Below, piece after piece: positions 51,236 to 61,360 of a stretch of 64,000 nt of DNA. Source of the DNA: an uncultured Alphaproteobacteria bacterium (GTDB lineage: Bacteria > Pseudomonadota > Alphaproteobacteria > MPNO01 > UBA830); contig CAJWSW010000007.1 of NCBI GenBank assembly GCA_913046035.1, positions 5,116-69,115 of the forward strand, read 5' to 3'. A program made the translations under genes and the position numbers. Below the pieces are notes generated by a model. It did no database searches, was not told the origin of the DNA, and saw only the letters and a program-made list of their open reading frames with translations. How positions within the stretch are numbered: position 1 is the first letter of the stretch; each line of letters starts with the position of its first letter.

Positions 51236-52378
51236 TTACCTAACGTTTGTCCCGCCGGTAACCTTCGATAGCGCAGCATCAAGGCTACTCACTGTACGAT
51301 CTATGTTGTGCAGCTTATCAAGGCCAAATAAACCAACTCGGAAGGTCTGAAAGTCATCAGGCTCGTCGCACATCAGCGGAACACCTGCCGCGGTTTGCAA
51401 ACCAACCTTTGCAAATTTGCTTCCATTGTGAATATCTGGATCGTCGGTGTAGCAGACTACCACCCCTGGGGCGCCGTATTGGTCAGCCGCAAGGCTCTTA
51501 AACCCATGTGAATTCATAAGACCGCGCACCTGATTACCGAGTTCTTGTTGTTCATCGCGCACCTTGTCAAACCCATATGCATCGGTTTCGCTCATCGACT
51601 GGTGGAATTTAACGATGGCATCAGTTGGCATCGTCGCATGATAAGCATGCCCCCCGCCTTCATAAACTTCCATAATCTGCAGCCATTTCTTAAGGTCCGC
51701 GGAAAAACTCGTACTAGTGGTATTTTCAATGCGCTCACGGGCAGCCTGCCCCAACATAACAAGCGCACTGCATGGAGAAGCACTCCACCCTTTTTGAGGC
51801 GCGCTAATCAAAACATCAATACCGATGTTATCCATATCTACCCAAATGGTGCCAGAAGCAATGCAGTCGAGGACCAATAAACCGCCTACATCATGTGCCG
51901 CGTTAGCTACCTCGCGAAGATACTCATCGGGAAGGATCATCCCGGCGGAGGTTTCTACGTGAGGAGCAAAAACAACGTCAGGTTTTTCGTTCCGAATTGC
52001 CGCTACGACCTCTTCAATCGGTGCCGGGGCAAATGCCGCCTTGCTACCGCTTTCTACGGGGCGGGCTTTAAGCACTATTTCCTCAGACGGGATGTTTCCT
52101 GCTGCGAATATCTGAGACCACCGGTAGCTAAACCAACCGTTGCGTATAACGAGGCATCTCCGACCTGAACCGAACTGGCGCGCTACCGCCTCCATTCCAA
52201 ATGTACCTCCCCCGGGCACAAGAACGACGGAATGAGCATTATAAACTCGTTTCAGCGTCGATGAGATATCCGTCATTACCCCTTGAAAGGTCTGTGACAT
52301 GTGGTTAAGCGAGCGGTCGCTGAAAACCACAGAAAATTCAAGCAAACCGTCAGGATCAACGTCGGTCAAGCCAGCCAC
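51236..52378 (-). CDS. Class V aminotransferase (alanine-glyoxylate / serine-pyruvate / 2-aminoethylphosphonate-pyruvate family)
   Basis: 380 aa class V PLP fold, SAPQKGWSASP with the Lys-containing region. Confidence 0.75.
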   Translation of the reverse strand: MAGLTDVDPDGLLEFSVVFSDRSLNHMSQTFQGVMTDISSTLKRVYNAHSVVLVPGGGTFGMEAVARQFGSGRRCLVIRNGWFSYRWSQIFAAGNIPSEEIVLKARPVESGSKAAFAPAPIEEVVAAIRNEKPDVVFAPHVETSAGMILPDEYLREVANAAHDVGGLLVLDCIASGTIWVDMDNIGIDVLISAPQKGWSASPCSALVMLGQAARERIENTTSTSFSADLKKWLQIMEVYEGGGHAYHATMPTDAIVKFHQSMSETDAYGFDKVRDEQQELGNQVRGLMNSHGFKSLAADQYGAPGVVVCYTDDPDIHNGSKFAKVGLQTAAGVPLMCDEPDDFQTFRVGLFGLDKLHNIDRTVSSLDAALSKVTGGTNVR

Positions 52379-52454
52379 TACAGCCTCCTAAAGAATTGTA
52401 TATTTGTTATTTAGCAGCTTTAAACTGAAAATCTACTATACGCGACGAATTATC

Positions 52455-53801
52455 TTATTCCGCCGCCAACTCCTCGGGAAAAAAACGGTTTTTTGGTCGA
52501 GGCAAACCAAGATTGTCACGCAATGTCGGCCCTTCATATTCCGTCCGGAACAATCCACGGCGTTGGATTTCGGGAATTACCTGATCAACGACATCATCTA
52601 AGCCCTGCGGAAGATACGGGAACATTACGGTAAACCCGTCGCTGCCGCAGGTTTCTATCCATTCCTCCATTTCATCTGCGATAGTGGCTGCTGTCCCGAC
52701 CATGGCAAGACCGGAATATCCACCCAAACGTTGCGCTAGCTGGCGCACGCTTAAGCCTTCTCGGTCGGCGAGAAGAACTGCGCGATCACGGCCCGATTTA
52801 GTAGCGTTACTATCAGGTAGGTCTGCAGGCAAAGGACCGTCTGGATCAAATCGAGATGCATCGACACCAAGGGTTATCGACAAAGACGCGATTGCACTTT
52901 CTTCATGAACAAGACTGTCCAGTTTTGCCCTTTTTGCTTGGGCCTCCTCAACGGTATCACCGACTATAATCAGACAACCTGGCATAATTTTGAGGTCCTC
53001 CGGGTTGCGGTTTACTTTTCTCATTCGACCTTTCACGTCTGAGTAAAACGCCCGACCTGCCTCGAGATTGCTTTGCGCGGCAAAGACAGCCTCTGCTGTT
53101 TCGGCAGCGAGCTGTCGACCAGCGTCTGATCCACCTGCCTGTACAATTACAGGCCAGCCTTGGATAGGGCGAGCTATGTTCAACGGTCCGGCAACTTTAA
53201 AAAAGTCACCTTCGTGGTTGAGGCGATGCATTTTTTCAGGATCCATAAAATACCCAGACGCCTGATCCCGAACAAAGGCATCCTCGGCCCAGCTGTCCCA
53301 GAGGCCAGTTACGACATCATAAAATTCACGAGCGCGACGGTAGCGTTCCGAGTGCTCCAGGTGGTCTTCTTTTCCAAAGTTTTTCGACGCGTCAGGATTG
53401 GAAGTCGTGACTATGTTCCAACCCGCGCGTCCGCCGCTGATATGATCAAGAGACGCGAAACGACGGGCAATGTGATATGGCTCGTCATAAGTCGTCGACC
53501 CGGTCGCCATCAGCCCAAGATGCTCGGTTGCCATCGACAATGCCGAAAGTAAAGTGAAGGGTTCAAACGATGTTGGCGTAGTCGACCGTCTGAGCGCCTC
53601 GATTGGCATATTGAGAACAGCTAGATGATCAGCCATGAAAAAACTGTCGAATTTAGCCTCTTCGAGTCGCTGCGCGAATTTCTTGATATGGTCGAAGTTA
53701 AAGTTTGCGTCTGCATAGGCCCCAGGCCAGCGCCAACTGCCAGTGTGAATAGTCGTCGGTCGCATGAAGGCGTTAAGTCGAATTTGGCGTTCTCTACCCA
53801 T
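52455..53801 (-). CDS. LLM-class flavin monooxygenase, NtaA/SnaA/DszA subfamily
   Basis: 448 aa, longer LLM subtype with a characteristic N-terminus (...FMADHLAV..., ...RAGWNIVTTSNP...). Confidence 0.8.
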   Translation of the reverse strand: MGRERQIRLNAFMRPTTIHTGSWRWPGAYADANFNFDHIKKFAQRLEEAKFDSFFMADHLAVLNMPIEALRRSTTPTSFEPFTLLSALSMATEHLGLMATGSTTYDEPYHIARRFASLDHISGGRAGWNIVTTSNPDASKNFGKEDHLEHSERYRRAREFYDVVTGLWDSWAEDAFVRDQASGYFMDPEKMHRLNHEGDFFKVAGPLNIARPIQGWPVIVQAGGSDAGRQLAAETAEAVFAAQSNLEAGRAFYSDVKGRMRKVNRNPEDLKIMPGCLIIVGDTVEEAQAKRAKLDSLVHEESAIASLSITLGVDASRFDPDGPLPADLPDSNATKSGRDRAVLLADREGLSVRQLAQRLGGYSGLAMVGTAATIADEMEEWIETCGSDGFTVMFPYLPQGLDDVVDQVIPEIQRRGLFRTEYEGPTLRDNLGLPRPKNRFFPEELAAE

Positions 53802-53823
53802 TACTTTTTTCTCTGATTAGCAC

Positions 53824-56169
53824 CTAGGTTTTTGAGCCTGCAATCGCTTCTAAAATTCGGCGCGGCGTTACTGGTGTCTCGACCACCTCAACGCCATAGC
53901 CACGCAGGGCGTCATTGATAGCATTTGCAATCGCCGCCGGCGGCGGGATGGCACCGCCTTCTCCTAGCCCTTTAACCCCATATTCTGTGAGCGGCGATGG
54001 CGTCACCAAATGATCGACGCGAAGATTTGGTAAATGTGTCGACCCTGGCATCATATAATCCGCAAAAGTTGACGACAACGGTTGCCCGTCCGCGTCATAA
54101 CACGATTCTTCATAAAGAGCTGTGCCGACACCCTGCAAAGCGCCGCCGATAATCTGGCCATCAACAATCATCGGATTTACGATCGTACCGCAATCCTCAG
54201 AAATCACGTAATCAAGGAGCTCGACATGGCCGAGTTCAGGGTCAATTCTCACAACACAAGCATGGGTTGCATAAGAAAAAGGACTGTTATCAGGTGACGG
54301 GCGAAAACCAGACGTAACCTCAACACCGGCGGGATCAACATCTGCCGGCAGTTCCTCGGGGTTTCGGTGCCAGACGCGTGCGATTTCGGCGAATGTAACG
54401 GCGCTAGATGGCCCAATAACACAGGCATCTCGGATACTGGTATCATCGAACTCGCATTGTAGAAGATGCGCGCCAATTCGGCGGATTTGCACTCCCAAAA
54501 CGTCGCAGGTTCGTGCTATTGCGCCACCCGCCATAATCATCGACCTCGACGCATAGGTGCCAGTCGAGTAGGGTGATGTAGCAGTATCCCCATGGCGTAT
54601 CGCGACCATTGCAATATCCATGCCGAAACGCTCGCAAGCAACCTGCGCTAGCGTTGTCTCCATTCCTTGACCGTGGTTTTGAACTCCAACACCAATCTCG
54701 AGACCACCGTCAGGTGTGAGTCTAATATGCGCTTGTTCATATCCGGGTATGGCAGCGAGCCCAGCGCGGGCAGCAGCCGAAGTCTGCAGTGCCGTCATTT
54801 CGATATAGCAACCAAAACCGACGCCTATCAACCGTCCGTCTGCCTCATCCTGACGCTGCCGACTGCGCACGGCTTTTAAATCAATAAGAGTACCAGCCCG
54901 TCTTAAAGCCTCTTGGTAATCACCACTGTCAAACTCACCGCCGGTAATAGTCTTGTAAGGCATGGCATCGCTGGGAACGAGGTTTTGCATACGCAAGTCG
55001 TAAGGTTCGCATCCCAGTTTTCGCGCCATCGCATCGATTGCTAATTCCATCGCAAAACAAATCCCCGGCCGGGCTACGCCGCGATACGGCACGATCGGAG
55101 GCTTGTTTGTTGCTACTGCCCGGGAGCGAACCTTATATGCTGAAAACTTATAAGGCCCGTGCAGAGTGCGGCCAGCCATCGTTGACTCAAGAATGTTCGA
55201 ATGCGGATAAACGGAATATGCACCAGAATCGACGATGATATCGGCTTCCACACCAATAAAATTTCCATCCGTGTCAGCATGCAGCGTCACCGAGTAATGG
55301 TGTTCGCGAGCATTGGCCGCCGCAATCAGATGTTCTCGCCTATCTTGTATCCACCGTACCGGCTGTTTTACCTGCATGGCGACCCAAGGAATGAAGATTT
55401 CCTCGGGGATCAACACACATTTATAGCCGAAGCCCCCACCTACATCCGGCGCGATCACATGCACCTGATTCTGCCGTAGACCTAGGCATTCGCACAGCGC
55501 ATTTTTAAGGATATGGGGTATTTGCGACGAACTATGCACGACTAGCCGCTCTTCCCGGGCGTCCCATTCTGCCAAAACTGCAGCGCCCTCCAGAGGGTTT
55601 ACAGCCTGTCGGTTCATCCGAAACGTTCTTGTCACCGATACCGTTGCACGATCCAGGTTACTTGCTTTTTCCTCAAACAAGGAATCAAGAATGACGTTGT
55701 CACCCCACTGCTCGTGGACCAGTGCAGGCGGACTTTCTGCGGCGTCCACCATATCGACAATTGCGGGTAATGGATCAAAGGAGATTTTGGTTTGAGTGGC
55801 GAGGTCTTCAGCCGCCGCGCGAGTATCAGCCAAACAAACCGCGACCGCCTCACCAACAAAACGAAGCTTACCGATTGCAAGGTGCGGATAGTCTGAAGGT
55901 TTGTGGCCGGGGTATTTCGAAATAACGTGGATGGGTTTCACCCCATCCGACAGCATGTCCTCCGCTGTGAAAACCCGCTGTTGCTCTAAATCGGGCTTGG
56001 TGACTGAGAGTTTCTCCGCATGAGCAGTCGGACTGCGAACGATCGCGGCTTCAAGCATGCGGGGTCGCACAATATCCGCGACGTAGCGACCGTGGCCATC
56101 CAGAAAGCGCTTATCCTCCTTTCGAAGAACGCTGGCACCTATCCCTTGGACCGTCGCTCCATCCGGCAT
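53824..56169 (-). CDS. Xanthine dehydrogenase-family molybdopterin-binding large subunit, paralog L2
   Basis: 781 aa with APDVGGGFG, VPYRGVARPGICFAME and EDCGTIVNPMIVDGQ. Confidence 0.85.
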   Translation of the reverse strand: MPDGATVQGIGASVLRKEDKRFLDGHGRYVADIVRPRMLEAAIVRSPTAHAEKLSVTKPDLEQQRVFTAEDMLSDGVKPIHVISKYPGHKPSDYPHLAIGKLRFVGEAVAVCLADTRAAAEDLATQTKISFDPLPAIVDMVDAAESPPALVHEQWGDNVILDSLFEEKASNLDRATVSVTRTFRMNRQAVNPLEGAAVLAEWDAREERLVVHSSSQIPHILKNALCECLGLRQNQVHVIAPDVGGGFGYKCVLIPEEIFIPWVAMQVKQPVRWIQDRREHLIAAANAREHHYSVTLHADTDGNFIGVEADIIVDSGAYSVYPHSNILESTMAGRTLHGPYKFSAYKVRSRAVATNKPPIVPYRGVARPGICFAMELAIDAMARKLGCEPYDLRMQNLVPSDAMPYKTITGGEFDSGDYQEALRRAGTLIDLKAVRSRQRQDEADGRLIGVGFGCYIEMTALQTSAAARAGLAAIPGYEQAHIRLTPDGGLEIGVGVQNHGQGMETTLAQVACERFGMDIAMVAIRHGDTATSPYSTGTYASRSMIMAGGAIARTCDVLGVQIRRIGAHLLQCEFDDTSIRDACVIGPSSAVTFAEIARVWHRNPEELPADVDPAGVEVTSGFRPSPDNSPFSYATHACVVRIDPELGHVELLDYVISEDCGTIVNPMIVDGQIIGGALQGVGTALYEESCYDADGQPLSSTFADYMMPGSTHLPNLRVDHLVTPSPLTEYGVKGLGEGGAIPPPAAIANAINDALRGYGVEVVETPVTPRRILEAIAGSKT

Positions 56170-56199
56170 AGCGCTGCTTCCTCCCCGCCCGGTTACTGA

Positions 56200-56667
56200 T
56201 CAAATGCGCCGCTGTTCCAGTACCGACAGGATCGCTTTTACGATCCCCACATAACCAGTGCAGCGACAAAGGTTACCTGCCAATTCCAACCGAACCCGAT
56301 CTTCATCGGCATCAGGTAGGCGGGTTACGATATCACGCGCAGCGACCAACATCCCTGGCGTGCAATAACCGCATTGAAGTGCATGATTCTCATGAAAAGC
56401 CTGTCGAAGTTGCGCCATAGGCTCATCCTGATCAAAGCCTTCAATGGTGGTAATTTCGCTTCCATCGGCAACCGCCGCAAAAGTTATACAAGATCGAACG
56501 GGCTCTCCATTCATCAACACGGTACAGGCACCGCATACTCCGTGCTCACAGCCTAGATGAGTGCCGGTGAGACGCTGACGATCACGAATAAAATCTGCCA
56601 AAGAAAGTCTTGGTTCTACGTCAGCCTTAATATGTTCACCGTTAATATTTATTGATAATTCCGTCAT
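56200..56667 (-). CDS. (2Fe-2S)-binding small subunit (CoxS/XdhC-like)
   Basis: 155 aa with CEHGVCGACTV and CGYCTPGM motifs. Confidence 0.9.
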   Translation of the reverse strand: MTELSININGEHIKADVEPRLSLADFIRDRQRLTGTHLGCEHGVCGACTVLMNGEPVRSCITFAAVADGSEITTIEGFDQDEPMAQLRQAFHENHALQCGYCTPGMLVAARDIVTRLPDADEDRVRLELAGNLCRCTGYVGIVKAILSVLEQRRI

Positions 56668-57479
56668 GCGAACGCCCCCTGAACTGCACGACTTAGCGCT
56701 ACGGCATGTATTTGCAATTCGTAATCGTCAAAGCCAGCGTCATACCTATCAAGGATATCACGGACTTCGGCGATTGATACCTCCTGCACACCTGAGGCTA
56801 GTCTTTCTTCTATTTCTGTCACCCTAAAGGGCGCAGACTCAGTCGCGCCGCATACAGCGCGCGCTTCGACGCCGAGAGTGACGGCTCCGATCGCGTCTGC
56901 AAATTCACCTGGCTTGCGGTTCACTTTATAATAGCCCCAATTAGCATCCGTCCCCAAGACAGGCAGCTCAAATCCCGTCAGGATCTCATCCCATCCGAGG
57001 CCAGTCGAAAATGGTCCAACCGTAAAACCATCCAAAGAGATTGTCCGGATGCCATTACCACCGGCGGCGGTTACACTTCCACCCAAAGCTAGAAGTGCAG
57101 AAGGCCAGTCCGCTGATGGGTCGGCGTGCGCGACAGAACCTCCGATGGTGCCACGATTCCGAACTGACCGGTAAGAAATGCCGGTAGCGACAAATTGCAT
57201 ATAATCGCCTGTTTTTCCTGGCACTTCACCGTCCTCGATCCGCGCATGCGACACTCGGGCGCCAACCCTGATGGCATTACCGGTTTCCTCTATACCATCA
57301 AGTCCCTCTACTTTGCTCAGATCCAGCACAACATCTGGTTGTGCCAGGCGGAGGTTCATCATCGGCCCCAGCGACTGACCGCCGCCAAGAACTCGTGTTT
57401 CTCCCTCTGCATTGCCCAAAGCCTTAACCGCTTCGTCCAGCGATGCCATTCGCTGATGCTCGAATTTTGCGGGTTTCAT
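56664..57479 (-). CDS. FAD-binding medium subunit (CoxM-like molybdopterin dehydrogenase FAD domain)
   Basis: 271 aa with GGGQSL and GTIGGS motifs. ATGA-coupled on both sides. Confidence 0.85.
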   Translation of the reverse strand: MKPAKFEHQRMASLDEAVKALGNAEGETRVLGGGQSLGPMMNLRLAQPDVVLDLSKVEGLDGIEETGNAIRVGARVSHARIEDGEVPGKTGDYMQFVATGISYRSVRNRGTIGGSVAHADPSADWPSALLALGGSVTAAGGNGIRTISLDGFTVGPFSTGLGWDEILTGFELPVLGTDANWGYYKVNRKPGEFADAIGAVTLGVEARAVCGATESAPFRVTEIEERLASGVQEVSIAEVRDILDRYDAGFDDYELQIHAVALSRAVQGAFA

Positions 57480-59851
57480 GCCGCCTCTCCTTCTTTTCTA
57501 TCCCGTGCCGCCTCGATCGCCGCACGAACACGGCGCGGAGTAAACGGCGTTTCCATCACCTCAGCGCCAATCTGTTTAAGCGCGTCATTTATCGCATTAC
57601 CGATCGCGGCGGGGGTCGGGATCGTGCCGCCCTCTCCCATCCCCTTTATACCGTATTCGGTAAAAGGCGAGGGACTTTCCATATGATCGACCCTGTACAT
57701 AGGAGCATCGGTCGCACTCGGCATCATATAATCTGCGAAAGTTGAAGCGCCGGGGTTCCCCATTTCATCGTAGAGACTTTCTTCAAGCAATGCAGTGCCA
57801 ATACCCTGTGTGGCACCCCCAAATGTTTGTCCTTCTACAATCATCGGGTTAACGATGGTACCGCAGTCCTCCACTATAACGTAATCCAATACCTTCACCT
57901 TACCGGTTTCTACATCGAGAGAAATCTTGCATGCATGGCTGGCGTAAGTAAAAGCACCAGAGTCTGGTTCAGGACGATAACCCATTGTTACCTCGACGCC
58001 ACCCTGGTCAACATCTTCAGGCAATTCATCAGGGTTCAGGTACCAGACCCGTCCGATCTCCGCGAAAGACACCTCACCCTTGCCGCTGACCACTTTCCCG
58101 CCCGCTATACTCACCTCAGTGCGTTCACACTGCATTAGATGCGCACCAATAATCTCCATGCGCTCCGCTAGCACTCTACAGGCCCTCGCCGTCGCGCCAC
58201 CCGCCATCACCATTGAGCGTGACGCGTAGGTGCCAGTTGAGTACGGGGTCAAACCAGTATCGCCATGGGTAACCATTACGTTGTCGGGGTCAATGCCCAA
58301 AACCTCACAAGCCATCTGCGCCATCGAGGTTTCCATGCCTTGTCCGTGGCTTTGAACGCCTATGCGAAGTTCCAATCCGCCGTCTGGCGTGAGCCTGACC
58401 GTCGCCTGTTCGTAACCAGGCACCATTGCAACGCCCCAGCTCGAAAAAACAGAGGTGCCGTGTGCCGTCTGTTCGACGTAGGAACCCATGCCAACACCGA
58501 TTATTCGACCATCATCTGTCGGAACGCCCTGGCTCGCCCGGACCTTCTCCAGACCAATCATATCTACGGCCATTTCAACGCTTTTCGCATAATTCCCGCT
58601 GTCGAAGTGTTTTTTTGCTATTGACATGAAGGGCATCGCACTCTCAGGCACCATGTTTTTCATACGAATTTCATGCGCTTCCATCCCGATCTCCCGAGCG
58701 AGTGCGTCGATTGTCATCTCCATCGCAAAACACACACCAGGACGTGCAACGCCTCGATAAGGCATAAGACCAGGCTTGTTAGTCACCGTGGTTTGGGTGC
58801 GGCACTTATATGCCTTGAAATTATAGGGGCCCGGCAAATTACCGTGGGCCATTGCCCCCTCCAAGCCATTGGTGAAAGGGTAAACTGAATAGGCGCCAGC
58901 ATCGACTGTCACGTCACAGTCTAGACCTAACATTCGCCCGTCAGGCGTTGCGTGCAGCGTAATTTGATAATGATGTTCTCTGCAATTTGCTCCGGTTACC
59001 AAGTGTTCTCGGCGATCCTCTATCCAACGGATGGGACATTCAAGTTTGCGCGTCAGGTATCCAGCGACCAACTCTTCGGGCTGCAGCAGTGCCTTGCAGC
59101 CAAAGCCACCGCCAACATCTGGAGCGATCACCCGAACCTGACGTTGCTCAAGATCCAGGAATTCGGCGAGACCGTTGCGAATTAGATGCGGAACTTGGGT
59201 CGAGGTCCACATCATTAGTTGATCCTGTCGGTCATCCCATTCAGCGAATACCGCCTTCCCTTCCATAGGGTTCATTGCTTGACGGTTCATACGATATTCG
59301 CGGCGAATAACAACGGTCGCTTCGTCAGCTATTTTTTGAAAATCGTCATCAGAAAATGTCTCAAAGACAATGTTGTCTTCCCATTCATCGTGGACCAGTG
59401 GCGCGTCAGGTTTTTTAGCTGCCAACATATCCGTTACCGCCGGTAAGATGTCGTATTCAACCTCTACCATCTGGGCGATATCCTCGGCATCGGCTCGGCT
59501 ATCGGCGACACAGACAGCGACCGGCTCGCCTGCAAACCGCACTTTTCCCGCCGCCAGCGCCGGATAGTCAGACAATTTGTAGCCGGGTAATTTGGACAAA
59601 GCCCGCATCGGTTTGAGACCAGGAAGATCCTCCGAAGTGAAAATGGCATGCTCGTATCCGGCAGGCTTCACGATAGATTTAATGTGCGCGTGCGCAACTG
59701 AGGCGCGGACAAACGCCATCTCTTTTTGACCCGGCCGCTTGAAATCCGAGGTGAATTTACCCTTACCGGCGAGGTGACGCGCATCCTCTTTTCTTAAAAC
59801 GCGAGCCCCAATTCCCTTTCCGTCTACCGATCCACCGTCCGCCATTATCAA
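57476..59851 (-). CDS. Xanthine dehydrogenase-family molybdopterin-binding large subunit, paralog L1
   Basis: 791 aa with APDVGGGFG, MPYRGVARPGVCFAME and EDCGTIVNPMIVEGQ. Confidence 0.85.
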   Translation of the reverse strand: MIMADGGSVDGKGIGARVLRKEDARHLAGKGKFTSDFKRPGQKEMAFVRASVAHAHIKSIVKPAGYEHAIFTSEDLPGLKPMRALSKLPGYKLSDYPALAAGKVRFAGEPVAVCVADSRADAEDIAQMVEVEYDILPAVTDMLAAKKPDAPLVHDEWEDNIVFETFSDDDFQKIADEATVVIRREYRMNRQAMNPMEGKAVFAEWDDRQDQLMMWTSTQVPHLIRNGLAEFLDLEQRQVRVIAPDVGGGFGCKALLQPEELVAGYLTRKLECPIRWIEDRREHLVTGANCREHHYQITLHATPDGRMLGLDCDVTVDAGAYSVYPFTNGLEGAMAHGNLPGPYNFKAYKCRTQTTVTNKPGLMPYRGVARPGVCFAMEMTIDALAREIGMEAHEIRMKNMVPESAMPFMSIAKKHFDSGNYAKSVEMAVDMIGLEKVRASQGVPTDDGRIIGVGMGSYVEQTAHGTSVFSSWGVAMVPGYEQATVRLTPDGGLELRIGVQSHGQGMETSMAQMACEVLGIDPDNVMVTHGDTGLTPYSTGTYASRSMVMAGGATARACRVLAERMEIIGAHLMQCERTEVSIAGGKVVSGKGEVSFAEIGRVWYLNPDELPEDVDQGGVEVTMGYRPEPDSGAFTYASHACKISLDVETGKVKVLDYVIVEDCGTIVNPMIVEGQTFGGATQGIGTALLEESLYDEMGNPGASTFADYMMPSATDAPMYRVDHMESPSPFTEYGIKGMGEGGTIPTPAAIGNAINDALKQIGAEVMETPFTPRRVRAAIEAARDRKEGEAA

Positions 59852-60134
59852 TTCCCTTTATCACGCTTCCGCAAATCACAGCATGCCAGGCATCGCGCAA
59901 AAAGTTGTCCGCGTTGAGGGCACAACTTATCCCCCTGCACCGAAACTACCAACAAAAGCGACAAACCATCCAGTTACTAACTTAACAGTATTTTGGTGGG
60001 CGCGACGATCATTGATAATAGAACGGGACAAAGCGTCGCATTCGAGGAAAAAACAAAAAACGCGACAGTTTTGCCTTCTCAAAGAACAACATACACCACA
60101 GCAAGGAAGCTTAAATGAGGCATTGGGAACCTCA

Positions 60135-61136
60135 TCATTGCCCATAAATTTGCGAAGACGCATAGCGCAAAACACTTGAATTCGCGCCAACAATAGGGCC
60201 CTTCTCGCTGATATAACGCCGCCACAATCGCGCACCGCGCATTCCCTTGTACAGCCCTAGAACATGACGTGCCATCGAATAGAACGGGACACCATCTGCG
60301 ATTTGGTGGTCCATGTATTCGATATATCGATCAAGAACCACTTCACGGGTCTCTGGCGCCGTTCCATTCAGGATCTCATTTTCAATTTCCGAGAGAAACC
60401 AGGGGTTTTGGTATGCAGCTCGGCCAATCATTACACCGTCAACATGCCGCAAATGCGTCGCCGTTTCCGCGACAGTCATAATACCGCCATTTATGGATAT
60501 CGAAAATTCCGGGTATTTCTGTTTGAGCCGGTACACTGTTTCATAACATAACGGTGGTATTTCTCTATTTTCTTTAGGGCTTAATCCATTGAGCCAAGCC
60601 TTTCGTGCATGAATGATAAAGGTGTCGCATCCCCCGTTAGCCACAGTTTCAATAAAGTGTACGAATTCATCCCAGCTGTCGTAATTATCCACGCCAATTC
60701 GGGTTTTGACTGTTACAGGAAGATCTACTGCCTCACGCATCGACCGAATGCAGTTAGCCACAACTTCAGGCTCTTTCATAAGGCACACTCCGAACTTCCC
60801 GTTTTGAACCCTGTCGCTGGGGCAGCCCACATTAAGATTTACTTCGTCATAACCGTATTCCGATGCAATTTCCGCGCAACGTGCTAAATCCCCGGGATCG
60901 GACCCTCCGAGTTGTAGCGCTAAAGGATGTTCGGATTGATTGTATTTCAAGAAACGATCCCGTTCCCCGTGAAGGATTGCACCCGTCGTTATCATTTCGG
61001 TGTAAAGCAAAACGGCGGACGAAATTAGCCGCAAAAAATAACGATCATGCCGGTCAGTGCAGTCCATCATCGGGGCAATGGAAACTCGCCTGTCAAGAAC
61101 GTTGGCTTTTTTGGTAATTTTCGTTTTAGCAGACAT
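60135..61136 (-). CDS. dusA: tRNA-dihydrouridine synthase A
   Basis: ...SIAPMMDCTDRHDRYFLRL... plus a DUS TIM-barrel. Start taken at MSAKTK. Confidence 0.8.
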   Translation of the reverse strand: MSAKTKITKKANVLDRRVSIAPMMDCTDRHDRYFLRLISSAVLLYTEMITTGAILHGERDRFLKYNQSEHPLALQLGGSDPGDLARCAEIASEYGYDEVNLNVGCPSDRVQNGKFGVCLMKEPEVVANCIRSMREAVDLPVTVKTRIGVDNYDSWDEFVHFIETVANGGCDTFIIHARKAWLNGLSPKENREIPPLCYETVYRLKQKYPEFSISINGGIMTVAETATHLRHVDGVMIGRAAYQNPWFLSEIENEILNGTAPETREVVLDRYIEYMDHQIADGVPFYSMARHVLGLYKGMRGARLWRRYISEKGPIVGANSSVLRYASSQIYGQ

Positions 61137-61360
61137 AGGAAGGCTTTTGGCGCGGGTTATAAGAATTTTGTAGTAGAAAGCGGTACGGTTGAAAAGTCTC
61201 GAAAATCCCCGATAAGCAGTGATATCGGAGTGCAAGCAACTAACGGGAAATGTCGTTTGTTTTTAAAATCTAAAAAGCACACATCACAAGCCGAGAGCTC
61301 TAAACAAGATTGTCTTGGTCCGTCTAATTAGCCTGAATCAAATTCTTTTCAGAAACCTTA

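Noticed and set aside
61137-61235. 33-codon extension at the dusA 5' end and a 28-codon extension at queG
   Set aside because: DusA/QueG family lengths and conserved N-termini support the internal Met starts. The queG extension would overlap tgt.
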